A stretch of DNA of 64,000 bases from an uncultured Campylobacterales bacterium (GCA_964474335.1 CAYYRS010000001.1:38254-102253); one strand, 5' to 3'; counted from the first letter of the stretch, positions 27,995 through 38,794 are shown. The notes: generated by a model from the sequence alone, not told the origin. Translations and numbers: made by a program.

Positions 27995-29335
27995 TTATTT
28001 ATATCCTTTGGTAATAATTAAAGCTTTTAATATATCTGTTGCTACTTGTAGTTGAGCATCTTTGCTTAATTGATGGTTTGTAATTATCTTTTCTTTATTG
28101 TGCTTTTTTGCTTTTTGCTTTTTGCTTTTATTATGATCATGCTTATATTGCTCAGAATCTTTAAGTAAAACCGTTTTTAAATGATCTTGCAAATCAACTT
28201 CTTTGATATTAAAATTATTGTTATATGTTTTAATTTCGCCAGGACGTACAATTACATCAGGCGTGATACCAATGTTTTGAATTGTTCGTCCACTTGGTAG
28301 GTAGTATCTTGCAATAGTTAGTTTCACTGCTTGATTTTTTGCAATTGGAAGCACAACTTGCACGCTTCCTTTACCAAAACTTTTTTGACCAACAATGATG
28401 GCGCGTTTATGGTCTTGAAGTGCACCTGAGGTGATTTCAGCAGCACTTGCAGTTCCGCCATTAATTAACACGACTATTGGTAGATTTGTCATGGTTTTTG
28501 CAGGATTTGCTTTATAGATGGCATCTTCAGAAGAGATTCGTCCCTTTTGAGATACAATTATTCCATGATGAACAAAAAGATTAACCAAGTCAACAGCTTG
28601 ATCTAATAATCCTCCAGGATTATTACGTAAATCCAAAATAATACCTTTATCTTTATGTCCATATTTATTTAGAGCTTTTTTAACACCAGATACTACTTTT
28701 TGGTCAAAACTAACAATTTTAATATATAGTATCTGTTTACCAATTTGTCTAGTATAAACTGATTGAATTTTGATTAAGCCACGAACGATATGAATTTTGA
28801 TGGGTTTTGTAGCACCTTTTCTAACTACTGTAATATTAATAGGAGTTCCTATTTTTCCACGCATTAAAGTTACTGCCTTATTTATATTCATACCAATTGT
28901 TGATTTATTGTTAATCATTAAAATGATATCACCAGCTTTGACTCCTGCCTTATATGCTGGAGTGCCAGAAATCGGAGCGATAACTGTTAGGATATGATCT
29001 TTTATGCCAACACTAATGCCAAGTCCTCCAAATTGTCCTGTTGTTTCGGTTTGTAAATTTTTGTAGCTTTTTTTGGTTAAAAATGAGGAATGCGGATCAA
29101 GATTTGTCATAAGACCTTTTAGGGATTTATTGATTAAAATATTTAGAGATTCTTTATCTACGTAATATTTTTGGACAATACTTAAAACACGAGTAAATTT
29201 CTCTAATGCTTTTAATCTAGAAATCTCTTGTTGCTGTTTTTTTGAGATATTTGCAAATGATGATGAAGGCATAACCAAACTAATTGCGACTAAGAAAGTG
29301 GCGAAACCAAGTAAGTAAGACTTTTTATTTAACAT
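27995..29335 (-). CDS. ctpA: S41 family C-terminal processing peptidase
   Basis: Signal anchor, PDZ region ([18 protein letters not shown]), catalytic Ser motif [17 protein letters not shown] and Lys motif [11 protein letters not shown]. Confidence 0.9.
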   Translation of the reverse strand: MLNKKSYLLGFATFLVAISLVMPSSSFANISKKQQQEISRLKALEKFTRVLSIVQKYYVDKESLNILINKSLKGLMTNLDPHSSFLTKKSYKNLQTETTGQFGGLGISVGIKDHILTVIAPISGTPAYKAGVKAGDIILMINNKSTIGMNINKAVTLMRGKIGTPINITVVRKGATKPIKIHIVRGLIKIQSVYTRQIGKQILYIKIVSFDQKVVSGVKKALNKYGHKDKGIILDLRNNPGGLLDQAVDLVNLFVHHGIIVSQKGRISSEDAIYKANPAKTMTNLPIVVLINGGTASAAEITSGALQDHKRAIIVGQKSFGKGSVQVVLPIAKNQAVKLTIARYYLPSGRTIQNIGITPDVIVRPGEIKTYNNNFNIKEVDLQDHLKTVLLKDSEQYKHDHNKSKKQKAKKHNKEKIITNHQLSKDAQLQVATDILKALIITKGYK

Positions 29336-29429
29336 GTAAACCCATTTCGAAATAATTTACTAAAATTATACTAAAATCTAATTAATAAGACAATGGCAAA
29401 TATCGGTTATGAAATATAGACTAAAGATA

Positions 29430-29450
29430 CTTGACAATAATAGACTCAAT
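29430..29450. promoter_or_regulatory. HAIR-like inverted repeat (candidate HspR operator)
   Basis: CTTGACA-ATAATAG-ACTCAAT compared with the HAIR consensus CTTGAGT-N7-ACTCAAG: 5/7 plus 6/7 matches with the exact N7 spacer. It overlaps the -35 element of the clpB promoter. Confidence 0.4.
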
Positions 29451-29460
29451 TTGATATAAT
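29431..29460 (+). promoter_or_regulatory. sigma70-type clpB promoter
   Basis: TTGACA (29431-29436), an 18-nt spacer, then TATAAT (29455-29460), about 30 nt upstream of the clpB ATG, which has a GGAG RBS. Confidence 0.6.
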
Positions 29461-29490
29461 CATAAGAAATTAATTATAGGAGAAAAGAAG

Positions 29491-32070
29491 ATGAATAATG
29501 TATTTGAAAAATTAACACACAATATGACACAGGCGGTAGAATCAGCGATATCTTTGGCTTTACACAATAAAAATATGGAGGTTGACCCATTGCATTTTTT
29601 ATGGGCACTTCTGACAAATTCAAATTCTGTTTTAAATCAAACCTTAAATAAGATGAATGTGGAAAAAACAGCATTGGAATTAGATATAAAAAGCATGGCA
29701 AATAAATTGTCAACATCCTCATCAGTTACTAAAGAGGATATCAAACTTTCAAAAAAATTTGTAGATTCTCTTGAACGGGGTGTAGCTCAAATGGTTCAAA
29801 ATGGAGATTCATTTTTGGCAGTTGATAGTTATATTTTAGGAAACTTAAATGAATCACCTTTTAAAGATATTATACAAAAGTATGTAAATATTGTTGATTT
29901 CACTAAAACTTTAGAATCTTTTCGGGGTGGACAAAAAATAGAATCTCAAACAGCAGATGAAAATCTTGAGGCTCTATCAAAATATGGAATTGATTTAACA
30001 CAGCAAGCAGCTGAGGGTAAACTCTCTCCTGTTATCGGACGCGACGAAGAGATAAATCGCACTATGCAGATTCTAATCAGAAAAACGAAAAACAATCCTA
30101 TTTTATTAGGTGAGCCCGGCGTTGGTAAAACAGCTTTGGTTGAAGGTTTGGCACAGAGAATTTATAACAAAGAAGTACCATTATCATTACAAAACAAGCG
30201 TGTCGTTACACTTGATATGAGTTCTTTAATAGCGGGTGCAAAATATCGTGGTGAATTTGAAGATAGACTAAAAGCTGTTATTGATGAAGTAAAACAAAGT
30301 ACAAATATTATACTTTTTATTGATGAAATTCATACAATAATAGGTGCTGGCGCTAGTGAGGGCAGTATGGACGCGGCAAATATTTTAAAACCAGCTCTTG
30401 CTCGCGGCGAACTTCGCACCATTGGAGCTACAACTTTAAAAGAGTATAGAAAATATTTTGAAAAAGATGCAGCACTGCAAAGGCGTTTTCAACCAATTAG
30501 CGTAGATGAGCCAACCATAAATCAGGCATTACAAATTTTACGTGGAATAAAAGAAAATTTGGAAACGTACCATAATATAACAATAACAGATTCTGCTTTA
30601 GTGGCAGCTACAAAATTAAGTCAAAGATATATATCTGACAGATTTTTACCAGATAAAGCAATAGATTTAATAGATGAGGCAGCAGCTGAACTTAAAATGC
30701 AAATTGAGAGTGAGCCAAATGCCCTCTCGTTAATCAAAAGAAAAATTCAAGAGTTGCATGTAGAAAAAGAAGCTTTAAAAATGGAAGATAGAGCAAGTAA
30801 TTTAAAGCGATTAAAAGAGATAGAAAAAGAGTTAGCAGATGCAAAAGAAACACAGCAATCATTACAATCTCAATTTTCTCATGAAAAAGAGATTTTTGAT
30901 AAGATAGCATCAATAAAATCTGATATAGAAATAAAAAAACGTGAAGCAGAGTTTGCAAAAAACAGCGGTGATTATAATAAAGCAGCAGAGATAGAATATG
31001 GCATAATTCCTAAGTTAATCGAAGAAGATAAAACTTTACAAAATAAATGGAAAGAGATGCAAAACGAGGGAACTTTACTTAAAAACAGTGTTGATGAAGA
31101 TGCTATTGCTTCTATTGTAAGTAGATGGACAGGTATTGCTGTTAGTAAAATGCTTCAAAGTGAAAAAGATAAAATTTTACATGTAGAAGATGAATTAAAT
31201 TTATCAGTTATTGGGCAAGAGCGTGCAATTCATGCATTGTCGCGCGCTATTAAAAGAAACAAAGCTGGACTTGGTGATAAAAATAGACCAATTGGAAGTT
31301 TTTTGTTTTTGGGACCAACTGGTGTTGGTAAAACTCAAACAGCTAAAACTTTAGCAAAGTTTTTATTTGATACTCAAGATGCAATGATTAGAATTGATAT
31401 GAGTGAATATATGGAAAAACATGCAGTTTCACGTTTAGTTGGAGCACCTCCTGGATATGTTGGCTACGATGAAGGTGGACAACTAACTGAGGCGGTACGT
31501 CGTAAACCATATAGTGTTATTTTACTTGATGAAATAGAAAAGGCTCATCCTGATGTTTTTAATATTTTACTTCAAGTGTTAGATGATGGACGCTTGACTG
31601 ACAATAAGGGTATAACAGTTGATTTTACCAACACAATAATTATCATGACAAGCAATATCGCAAGTGATAAAATTATATCTTTAAGCGGTGATTATGCCAA
31701 GATGCAAGATGCTGTAATGGGTGATTTAAAATTATCATTTAAACCAGAATTCTTAAATAGGCTTGATGATATTATTATTTTTAATCCATTAGGAAGTATT
31801 CAAATTAAGGGTATAGTTGATCTATTTTTTATAGAGATACAACAAAAGGTAAAAGAGAAAGATATTACTATATCATTGACGCAAGATGCAAAAGAGATGA
31901 TCGCAAAAGCTGGATTCGATAATGTTTATGGTGCTAGACCATTAAAACGTGCATTATATGAAATTGTTGAAGATAGATTAGCTGATCTGATTTTAAGCGG
32001 TCAAATAGCCGAAGGCTCACATGTAACATTTGACGCTAAAGATGATGAGATAAAAGTTGATATATCATAA
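29491..32070 (+). CDS. clpB: AAA+ disaggregase ClpB
   Basis: Two Walker A motifs, [17 protein letters not shown] and [16 protein letters not shown], with a long middle coiled-coil. 859 aa. Confidence 0.97.
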   Translation: MNNVFEKLTHNMTQAVESAISLALHNKNMEVDPLHFLWALLTNSNSVLNQTLNKMNVEKTALELDIKSMANKLSTSSSVTKEDIKLSKKFVDSLERGVAQMVQNGDSFLAVDSYILGNLNESPFKDIIQKYVNIVDFTKTLESFRGGQKIESQTADENLEALSKYGIDLTQQAAEGKLSPVIGRDEEINRTMQILIRKTKNNPILLGEPGVGKTALVEGLAQRIYNKEVPLSLQNKRVVTLDMSSLIAGAKYRGEFEDRLKAVIDEVKQSTNIILFIDEIHTIIGAGASEGSMDAANILKPALARGELRTIGATTLKEYRKYFEKDAALQRRFQPISVDEPTINQALQILRGIKENLETYHNITITDSALVAATKLSQRYISDRFLPDKAIDLIDEAAAELKMQIESEPNALSLIKRKIQELHVEKEALKMEDRASNLKRLKEIEKELADAKETQQSLQSQFSHEKEIFDKIASIKSDIEIKKREAEFAKNSGDYNKAAEIEYGIIPKLIEEDKTLQNKWKEMQNEGTLLKNSVDEDAIASIVSRWTGIAVSKMLQSEKDKILHVEDELNLSVIGQERAIHALSRAIKRNKAGLGDKNRPIGSFLFLGPTGVGKTQTAKTLAKFLFDTQDAMIRIDMSEYMEKHAVSRLVGAPPGYVGYDEGGQLTEAVRRKPYSVILLDEIEKAHPDVFNILLQVLDDGRLTDNKGITVDFTNTIIIMTSNIASDKIISLSGDYAKMQDAVMGDLKLSFKPEFLNRLDDIIIFNPLGSIQIKGIVDLFFIEIQQKVKEKDITISLTQDAKEMIAKAGFDNVYGARPLKRALYEIVEDRLADLILSGQIAEGSHVTFDAKDDEIKVDIS

Positions 32071-32075
32071 TAAAA

Positions 32076-32103
32076 TTAGATGGCTATAATTATAGCCATC
32101 TAA
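32076..32103 (+). terminator. clpB terminator hairpin
   Basis: TTAGATGGCTATAA/TTATAGCCATCTAA is a perfect 28-nt palindrome located 6 nt after the clpB stop. Confidence 0.55.
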
Positions 32104-32196
32104 TAAATAAGAAAATATAAATATAGACAACACTTAACGACACTTTAAGTAAATTTTTATTATAATTTCAAACTTAAATTTAACAGAGGATTTGGC

Positions 32197-32331
32197 ATGA
32201 AAAGAACATACCAACCACATAATACGCCACGTAAGCGTACTCACGGTTTTAGAACACGCATGGCTACTAAAAATGGTCGTAAAATTATTAATGCACGCCG
32301 TCGTAAAGGTCGTAAGTCATTGACAGTTTAG
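32197..32331 (+). CDS. rpmH: 50S ribosomal protein L34
   Basis: Manual translation gives [44 protein letters not shown], with a GAGGA RBS 7 nt upstream. It is too short for the ORF track. Confidence 0.95.
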   Translation: MKRTYQPHNTPRKRTHGFRTRMATKNGRKIINARRRKGRKSLTV

Positions 32332-32663
32332 GTCGTTTTGTTTTATTAAAAAAACATAAAGAATTTCAATATATATATATAAAAGGGAAAAATGCTCACT
32401 CTCTGGGCTTTATTCTTTTTTTTCTTCATAAGCAAGATATCTCAAAAATTGGTTTTACTGCAACTAAAAAATTAGGCAATGCTGTTGTTAGAAATCGTTT
32501 TAAAAGAAGAATGAGAGCTTTATTTTATCAAAATTTAAATATTCTTAGAGATGGCTATTATGTTTTAGTAGCTAAGAAAAATTTAGATACAATAGATTTT
32601 AAAACTTTAGATAAAAATTTTAAAAAATTAATATCAAAAATAGGTGCTTTAAAAGATGATTAA
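32319..32663 (+). CDS. rnpA: ribonuclease P protein component; start codon uncertain (no ATG/GTG/TTG available)
   Basis: Manual translation of the open frame 32316-32663 gives ..[65 protein letters not shown].., containing the RNR motif. It sits in the canonical rpmH-rnpA-yidD position. The first in-frame ATG is at 32511, inside the RNR motif. The ATT at 32319 is the only near-cognate start candidate. Confidence 0.8.
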   Translation: MDSLGRFVLLKKHKEFQYIYIKGKNAHSLGFILFFLHKQDISKIGFTATKKLGNAVVRNRFKRRMRALFYQNLNILRDGYYVLVAKKNLDTIDFKTLDKNFKKLISKIGALKDD

Positions 32664-33000
32664 AAAAATACTTTTGTATCTTTTGAGTATTTATCAACGA
32701 TTTTTTACCTTGTTTAGTTTTGGAAGTTGTAGATTTTACCCAACTTGTAGCGAATATAGCAGATGGGAGTTCGAAAATAATTCTATTTCAAGTGCTTTTT
32801 ATCACACTTTTACTAGAATACTACGTTGCAATCAACTTTTTGAAGGTGGAATCGATTATCCATTATTAGGTAAATTAAAATTAAACCCTAAAAAGTTAGA
32901 TATTTGTCTTATAAAATATTGGCTAGTACCAGATAAAAAAGGCAGATTTTATATAATAAAGAATTTTAAATATAAAGGTCAAAAGTGTTTGAAAAATTAA
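32656..33000 (+). CDS. yidD: membrane protein insertion efficiency factor YidD
   Basis: Contains YQRFFTLFSFGSCRFYPTCSEYS. The ATG overlaps the rnpA stop (ATGATTAA). Confidence 0.9.
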   Translation: MIKKILLYLLSIYQRFFTLFSFGSCRFYPTCSEYSRWEFENNSISSAFYHTFTRILRCNQLFEGGIDYPLLGKLKLNPKKLDICLIKYWLVPDKKGRFYIIKNFKYKGQKCLKN

Positions 33001-34586
33001 CAGCAAATCAAAGATTAATCTTAGCCGTAGCAGTATCATTTATCTTTTTTATCGGATATTCGTATCTATTTCCACATAAAAATATAGGTGTAAATCATAA
33101 TAGTAAGCAAACAATTACAAAAGAGATATCTTCAGTTTTTAAAACTACAAGCCATTCACAAAAAGTTAACACAAAGCATGTAACGGCTAGTACAACAAAT
33201 ACGCTAGTAGTAGTTAATTCAAAACGGTATAAATTAAAAATAGATACTTTGGGTCGTATCTCATCTATGGTGTTGTTAGAAAATAAATATCGTGATAAAA
33301 AACACAAATCGGCACAATTGATCGAACAAAATGGTATTAAACCTCTTTATTTGATATTTACAAATACTAAACTAAACAATGAAGCAAAGAAAGTGCCTTA
33401 TGAAGCTACCGTGCATACATTAAACTTATCAAATGGTAATAATAGTGTAACATTAGTTCAAAAACTATCTTCTTTGCGTATTACTAAAAAAATAATATTT
33501 GATAAAAATGGACATTATACTATTGATATTTCACTCTCTAAACCTGCTAAATATTCCATTTTGTTTGGTCAACGCCCCAAAGTTAAAGCTAAAATGATGA
33601 CAGTTGCGGGAGCTATGATTTATTATGGTAAGGGTAAAAATACAATTTTTAAAGATGGCGATGTTAAGGAGAAAAAAGTATTTAAAAATGTACATTTTGT
33701 ATCATCATTTGATCAATATTTTGCAGATATTATTTATGGATTTGATAAACATTTAAAAGTTACAGTAGGATATGATAATAAACATAATCCACTAGTTACT
33801 CTAACTGGCATGCAAAATATGAAGCTAAATGGCTATATTGGACCAAAAACATACAAAACATTAAAAACATTAGATCCTGTTTTAGTAAATAGTATTGAAT
33901 ATGGTTGGTTTACTTTTGCAGCTCGTCCACTTTTTCTTGTACTTGCTTGGCTATATTCAATTTTTGGCAATTGGGGGTGGGCTATCATCGCATTAACCAT
34001 TCTTGTTCGTCTTGTTTTATATCCACTAACGTACAAGGGCATGGTCTCTATGCAAAAAATGAAACTTGTAGCTCCAAAAGTAAAAGCACTGCAAGCAAAG
34101 CATAAAGGTGATGCACAAAGAATGAATGCAGCAGTAATGCAAGAATATAAAAAGAATGGCGTAAATCCACTAGGAGGTTGTCTTCCTATGGTTTTACAAA
34201 TTCCAGTATTTTTTGCTATGTATCGTGTGTTTTTAAATACTCCCGAACTACAAGGGGCTCATTGGATTTTATGGGTTCATAATTTGGGTCAGATGGATCA
34301 TCTATACATTTTACCAGTTTTAATGGGAGTTACTATGTTTTTTCAACAGCATATTACTCCAAATAACTTTTCAGACCCATTGCAAGCAAAAGTATTTAAG
34401 TACCTGCCAGTTCTTTTTACATTTTTCTTTATAACATTTCCAGCAGGCTTAGTTCTTTATTGGTTAACTAATAACTTAGCCTCTATTGCTCAACAATATT
34501 TTGTAAATAGAAAATTTGCAACTCTAAAAAAAGAAACACCAGCTAAGGAGACTACAAAAAAAAGCTTGGAGAAAAAAAATGATTAA
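32985..34586 (+). CDS. yidC: membrane protein insertase YidC
   Basis: N-terminal anchor, a large periplasmic domain and a conserved core, NPLGGCLPMVLQIPVFFAMY...LYWLTNNLASIAQQ. GTG start. Confidence 0.95.
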   Translation: MFEKLTANQRLILAVAVSFIFFIGYSYLFPHKNIGVNHNSKQTITKEISSVFKTTSHSQKVNTKHVTASTTNTLVVVNSKRYKLKIDTLGRISSMVLLENKYRDKKHKSAQLIEQNGIKPLYLIFTNTKLNNEAKKVPYEATVHTLNLSNGNNSVTLVQKLSSLRITKKIIFDKNGHYTIDISLSKPAKYSILFGQRPKVKAKMMTVAGAMIYYGKGKNTIFKDGDVKEKKVFKNVHFVSSFDQYFADIIYGFDKHLKVTVGYDNKHNPLVTLTGMQNMKLNGYIGPKTYKTLKTLDPVLVNSIEYGWFTFAARPLFLVLAWLYSIFGNWGWAIIALTILVRLVLYPLTYKGMVSMQKMKLVAPKVKALQAKHKGDAQRMNAAVMQEYKKNGVNPLGGCLPMVLQIPVFFAMYRVFLNTPELQGAHWILWVHNLGQMDHLYILPVLMGVTMFFQQHITPNNFSDPLQAKVFKYLPVLFTFFFITFPAGLVLYWLTNNLASIAQQYFVNRKFATLKKETPAKETTKKSLEKKND

Positions 34587-35430
34587 AATTGAATCTAATT
34601 TATTAGAAGATGCTTATATAAAAGCAACTGCTCATTTTGATTGTTCACTTACTGAACTTTTAATTGAGGTAGTCCAGTATCCAAAACATGGCTTTTTGGG
34701 CTTATTTAAAAAGTCAGCAATCATAGTTGCATCTCGTAAACATGTAGATGACATACAAAATATTGATAAAAAATCTTTTATACAAGATGAGATATATAAA
34801 GAAGAAGATAAAATTGAGTTAAAAAAAGATTTTGAAGAGATTAAAGAGCAACAATTTTTAAACGATACAATTTTACCAACCTCTTTTGTTAGCGACCAAG
34901 ATGATGAAGATAATATTTTAAAAGAAGATGAGTTTGATGAACAAGATATTGAAGATGAGTTTGAAATAGCACAAATTGCTATAAAAGTTAAACAAGAGAT
35001 TAATGAACTATTTAGTCATATATGTTTTGATATTAAAGAGATTAGTGTGCGCGTTTATAATGATGAAACCTTATTGATTGAATTTGATGGTGAAGATAGT
35101 GCTCTTTTAATTGGTAAAGAGGGATATAGATACAAAGCATTGTCGTATATGATATTTAATTGGATAAACTCAAAATACCAACTGCAAGTTCGCCTTGAAA
35201 TAGCTAAATTTTTAACTAATCAAGAAGGTGCGATTTCAAGATATCTCCTAAATGTATGTGAAACAATTGATAAGCAAGGTCGTGCTCAAACTAAAATTTT
35301 AGATGGTATTTTAATTCAAATAGCCTTAAAACAGTTAAGAGGTAGCTATCCTGATAAGTATGTTGCTGTACGTTCTACGCGTGATGGATTAAAGTATATT
35401 ATAATTAATGATTATCATAAAGGATATTAA
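34579..35430 (+). CDS. jag: Jag/KhpB-type RNA-binding protein (Jag_N, KH, R3H)
   Basis: Sits after yidC. Contains LLIGKEGYRYKALSYM (KH-like) and a C-terminal R3H-like region, with an acidic linker. Confidence 0.8.
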   Translation: MIKIESNLLEDAYIKATAHFDCSLTELLIEVVQYPKHGFLGLFKKSAIIVASRKHVDDIQNIDKKSFIQDEIYKEEDKIELKKDFEEIKEQQFLNDTILPTSFVSDQDDEDNILKEDEFDEQDIEDEFEIAQIAIKVKQEINELFSHICFDIKEISVRVYNDETLLIEFDGEDSALLIGKEGYRYKALSYMIFNWINSKYQLQVRLEIAKFLTNQEGAISRYLLNVCETIDKQGRAQTKILDGILIQIALKQLRGSYPDKYVAVRSTRDGLKYIIINDYHKGY

Positions 35431-35436
35431 AGATAT

Positions 35437-36780
35437 ATGACTGATACAATTTGTGCTATTGCAACAGCACATGGTGTAGGCTCTATCGCTATCATCCGCA
35501 TTAGTGGTAAGGCTTCAGTTAATATCGCTAAAAAGATATCTAAAAAAAATAATTTTAATCCACGATATGCAACTTTAACTTCTATCTATGATACTGACAA
35601 TAAACTTCTTGATGAGGCAATTATTATATATTTTAAAGCCCCATTTAGCTTTACAGGTGAGGATATTGTAGAGATACAGTGTCATGGTGGTATTGTTTTA
35701 GCAGAATTGATTTTAAAAGTTGTATTAGCCTATGGCGCAAGTTTGGCGTTACCTGGCGAATTTAGCAAACGAGCTTTTTTTAATGATAAAATTGATTTAA
35801 GCAAAGCTGAAGCAATTGCAAAACTAATAGAGGTCAAAAGTGAAGATGCGGTTAAAATTTTAGCTATGCAAATTAAAGGCTCACTTACAAAATATATAGA
35901 TGCTATTAGGGACGAGATGCTTCATATTTTAGCTTTTTCTGAAGTTAGCATAGACTATGCTGAAGAAGATTTACCACAAGATTTGATACAGCAAATTATC
36001 GCTAAACTTAACTTTTTAAATACAAGCTTAGATAAAACATTAAAATCAAGCGAATTGCGTAGTGGACTTATGCAAGGCTTTAAAGTGGCTATTATCGGCA
36101 AACCAAATGTTGGGAAAAGTTCATTATTAAACATGCTCTTAGACTACAATCGTGCAATTGTAAGCAAAATTGCAGGTACCACTAGAGATACTATTGAAGA
36201 ACAGATTAAAATAGGAACACATTTAATTAGAATTATCGACACTGCTGGCATACGTAATGCAGATAATGAGATTGAACAAATTGGGATTGAACGTTCAATT
36301 AAGACTATTAAAGAGAGCGATATTGTTGTGGCTCTTTTTGATAATTCAAGAGAATTTGATTATGAAGATGAAGTTATTTTAAAATGGTTAAAGCAGTATC
36401 AAAACAGCAAAGAAATTATTGTTGTTTTAAATAAAATAGATCTTAAAAATAGATTTAATATTAAAAAACTAGCAAAATATCAATATCTTAAACAAAATTC
36501 TCAAAAAAATTCTCAATTGCTTATTAATGAATTAGAAAAAATTATTGATAAAAATAATGATTCTGATGAAATTATGCTTATTTCATTACGTCAAATAGAG
36601 GCAGTAAAACAAGCATTAAAAGCGATACGAGATGCTAAAGAACCACTCCTTAACCAAGAGTTAGAGATATTTTCATTTCATATTACAGAAGCTATCAATG
36701 CCATTGGTTTAATCACTAGATCGTTTCAAACAGATGAGATGTTAGATAAAATGTTTAGCTCATTTTGTTTAGGAAAGTAA
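35437..36780 (+). CDS. mnmE: tRNA modification GTPase MnmE
   Basis: G-domain motifs IIGKPNVGKSSLLN, DTAGIR and NKID, with the C-terminal FCLGK motif. Confidence 0.95.
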   Translation: MTDTICAIATAHGVGSIAIIRISGKASVNIAKKISKKNNFNPRYATLTSIYDTDNKLLDEAIIIYFKAPFSFTGEDIVEIQCHGGIVLAELILKVVLAYGASLALPGEFSKRAFFNDKIDLSKAEAIAKLIEVKSEDAVKILAMQIKGSLTKYIDAIRDEMLHILAFSEVSIDYAEEDLPQDLIQQIIAKLNFLNTSLDKTLKSSELRSGLMQGFKVAIIGKPNVGKSSLLNMLLDYNRAIVSKIAGTTRDTIEEQIKIGTHLIRIIDTAGIRNADNEIEQIGIERSIKTIKESDIVVALFDNSREFDYEDEVILKWLKQYQNSKEIIVVLNKIDLKNRFNIKKLAKYQYLKQNSQKNSQLLINELEKIIDKNNDSDEIMLISLRQIEAVKQALKAIRDAKEPLLNQELEIFSFHITEAINAIGLITRSFQTDEMLDKMFSSFCLGK

Positions 36781-36783
36781 TAG

Positions 36784-37170
36784 ATGAAATATTTGGCAAT
36801 AGATTTAGGCTTAAAGCGTATTGGCTTAGCTTATTGTGTGCATAAAGATGTGGTAATACCTTTAATGGCAATACAAAGAAAAAATAGAAATCAAGCAGCT
36901 AGTGAGATAAAAAATATTATAAAAGAATATAAAATCGAGACTGTTGTTATTGGTGTAGCTATTGGTGGAGATAGTGAAGATGAAATGAGTCGTAGAGTAA
37001 AGCATTTTTTATCTTTATTAGAATTTGATGGTGATATTTTTATTCAAGATGAAAGTGATTCATCAATTGAAGCAAGAGAGATAATAAAAGGCGATATGAG
37101 TAACAAAAAAGATGGTAGAATTGATTCAATATCTGCTATGATTATTCTAAGGCGATATTTAAGAGTTTAA
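36784..37170 (+). CDS. ruvX: YqgF/RuvX putative pre-16S rRNA nuclease
   Basis: N-terminal YLAIDLGLKRIGLAY. 128 aa. Confidence 0.88.
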   Translation: MKYLAIDLGLKRIGLAYCVHKDVVIPLMAIQRKNRNQAASEIKNIIKEYKIETVVIGVAIGGDSEDEMSRRVKHFLSLLEFDGDIFIQDESDSSIEAREIIKGDMSNKKDGRIDSISAMIILRRYLRV

Positions 37171-37201
37171 GTGATATAATAAAGTCAAAAATGGATAATT
37201 G

Positions 37202-37480
37202 ATGTATAATATATTTGAAGATGAAGATGATATGTTTATGGGGTCGCCTAAGAGTAAATTTTTAGATATTGTTTTTAATGCAAATCGTGGGTTAGTTGAG
37301 TTTGAACTTGAATCATTAGTTGAGAAAGTGGCGGTTTTGGAGCTAATGCTTGGAGATGATGCAGAGCTTTTGGATAAAAAAATACTAGAATATAAATTTT
37401 CAAATCAAGATGATGTGCAGACTAAACAAAAAAGTCTTTTTATAGAATTTATGGGAAATGTTCTTACGCAAAATGAGTAA
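37202..37480 (+). CDS. hypothetical small acidic protein
   Basis: 92 aa, Asp/Glu-rich (MYNIFEDEDDMF...). ATG at 37202 is preferred over the TTG at 37199. No recognisable motif. Confidence 0.5.
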   Translation: MYNIFEDEDDMFMGSPKSKFLDIVFNANRGLVEFELESLVEKVAVLELMLGDDAELLDKKILEYKFSNQDDVQTKQKSLFIEFMGNVLTQNE

Positions 37481-37486
37481 TAATTT

Positions 37487-37888
37487 ATGAAATATATTTT
37501 AGTATTTTTTTTATTTTTTCAGACAATGGCAGATGCTCAAATGTATAAAATAAGATATAAAATTACATTAAGAAAGAATAAAACAGAAAAAATCCTTGTA
37601 AAGTATAATTCTATGAGCAAATTATTAAAATTTAGATGGACTTTATATAGTGGCAAACGTATAGCTTTATTTAAATCTTATAATGAAGAGGTATCTCAGT
37701 TTATTTTAAAACTTAATCGCAATCAAAATGCCATAAAATTCTACCTTACAAGTAGGGCTGTTAATTATAATATATTACCATATATAATTTTACAATTTAA
37801 AAAATTTAATTATGTTGCACATAAGGCAGTTTTTTGGTTATATCTGTTTGATAATCAAAATATTATAGCTTTAAAATTTTTGAAATAA
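37487..37888 (+). CDS. hypothetical secreted basic protein
   Basis: Signal-like N-terminus MKYILVFFLFFQTMADAQ, 133 aa, Lys/Tyr/Asn-rich. It starts 6 nt after the preceding ORF. Confidence 0.5.
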   Translation: MKYILVFFLFFQTMADAQMYKIRYKITLRKNKTEKILVKYNSMSKLLKFRWTLYSGKRIALFKSYNEEVSQFILKLNRNQNAIKFYLTSRAVNYNILPYIILQFKKFNYVAHKAVFWLYLFDNQNIIALKFLK

Positions 37889-37903
37889 GGAGATATTGCA
37901 CTT

Positions 37904-38794
37904 ATGGTTGATAATATTAATATAGAGATACAAAAATTAATAAAAGAGATAAACTATGACGAACTAAATCATCATTCATCTCTTTTGATGGGGGGCAAAC
38001 GTCTTCGTGCAAAACTTATTTTAACTATTGCTAAAAATGCAGAAAATGCACCTTTGCTTGGTGCAATTGTAGAGATGATTCATTCAGCTAGTTTACTTCA
38101 TGATGATGTTATTGATGATGCTACAATTAGACGCGGACAAAAATGTGTAAATGCTACAAAAGGTAGTAAAACTGCTATTATGCTTGGTGATATCTTATAT
38201 GCTAAAGCATTCTCATCTTTGACATCTTTCGATGCTGATATAGCTTTTACAGTTTCTTTCGCCGTTACTTTACTTTCTGTTGGAGAGATGATGGATATAG
38301 AATTATCTCAAAGTTTTAATATAGATGAGAAGAAATATTTGGATATGCTTTATTTAAAAACGGCATCATTGATAGAAGCTGCATCATCAGCAGCGGCTCT
38401 ACTTGTAGGTAAAGATAAGAAGCTTTATGGTTTATATGGTAAAAATTTAGGACTTGCTTTTCAAATTATTGATGATATTTTAGATATCGTATCTGATGAA
38501 ACGACTTTGGGTAAGCCAGTATTAAATGACTTTAAAGAAGGTAAGTGTACATTGCCATATATTTATCTTTATCAAGCTCTTAGCAATCAAGATAAAAAGC
38601 GATTAATTTCCTTACATGCAAAAGATATTTCACAAGAAGATAAGGATTGGATCAAAGAGATGATGACAAAATATCATAGTATAGAAAAATCATTTAAACT
38701 TGCTAAAAGATTAACTAATGAAGCAAAAGAGATTGTTTTTAATGAACCAAAGTTAATTGATATTTTAGATAATTTAATGAAAAGAAGTTATTAA
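37904..38794 (+). CDS. trans-polyprenyl diphosphate synthase (long-chain, IspB-like)
   Basis: First and second Asp-rich motifs SASLLHDDVIDD and FQIIDDILD. Confidence 0.88.
   Translation: MVDNINIEIQKLIKEINYDELNHHSSLLMGGKRLRAKLILTIAKNAENAPLLGAIVEMIHSASLLHDDVIDDATIRRGQKCVNATKGSKTAIMLGDILYAKAFSSLTSFDADIAFTVSFAVTLLSVGEMMDIELSQSFNIDEKKYLDMLYLKTASLIEAASSAAALLVGKDKKLYGLYGKNLGLAFQIIDDILDIVSDETTLGKPVLNDFKEGKCTLPYIYLYQALSNQDKKRLISLHAKDISQEDKDWIKEMMTKYHSIEKSFKLAKRLTNEAKEIVFNEPKLIDILDNLMKRSY

Noticed and set aside
28102-28130. Tandem heptanucleotide repeat (GCTTTTT, about 3.5 copies) inside the ctpA 3' coding region, considered as a possible slipped-strand phase-variation site
   Set aside because: There are too few copies to make a contingency locus likely. 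It encodes a low-complexity Lys-rich tail ([10 protein letters not shown]), where such repeats arise by composition.
29474-29722. 82-aa minus-strand ORF across the clpB 5' end
   Set aside because: It is antisense to the conserved ClpB N-domain and to its promoter, and its composition is that of an artefact.
32370-32381. (TA)6 dinucleotide tract in the rnpA 5' coding region, considered as an explanation for the missing start codon
   Set aside because: Both alternative frames upstream are closed by stop codons (32347-32349 and 32357-32359) and contain no start before the tract, so unit-number changes cannot create a canonical start.
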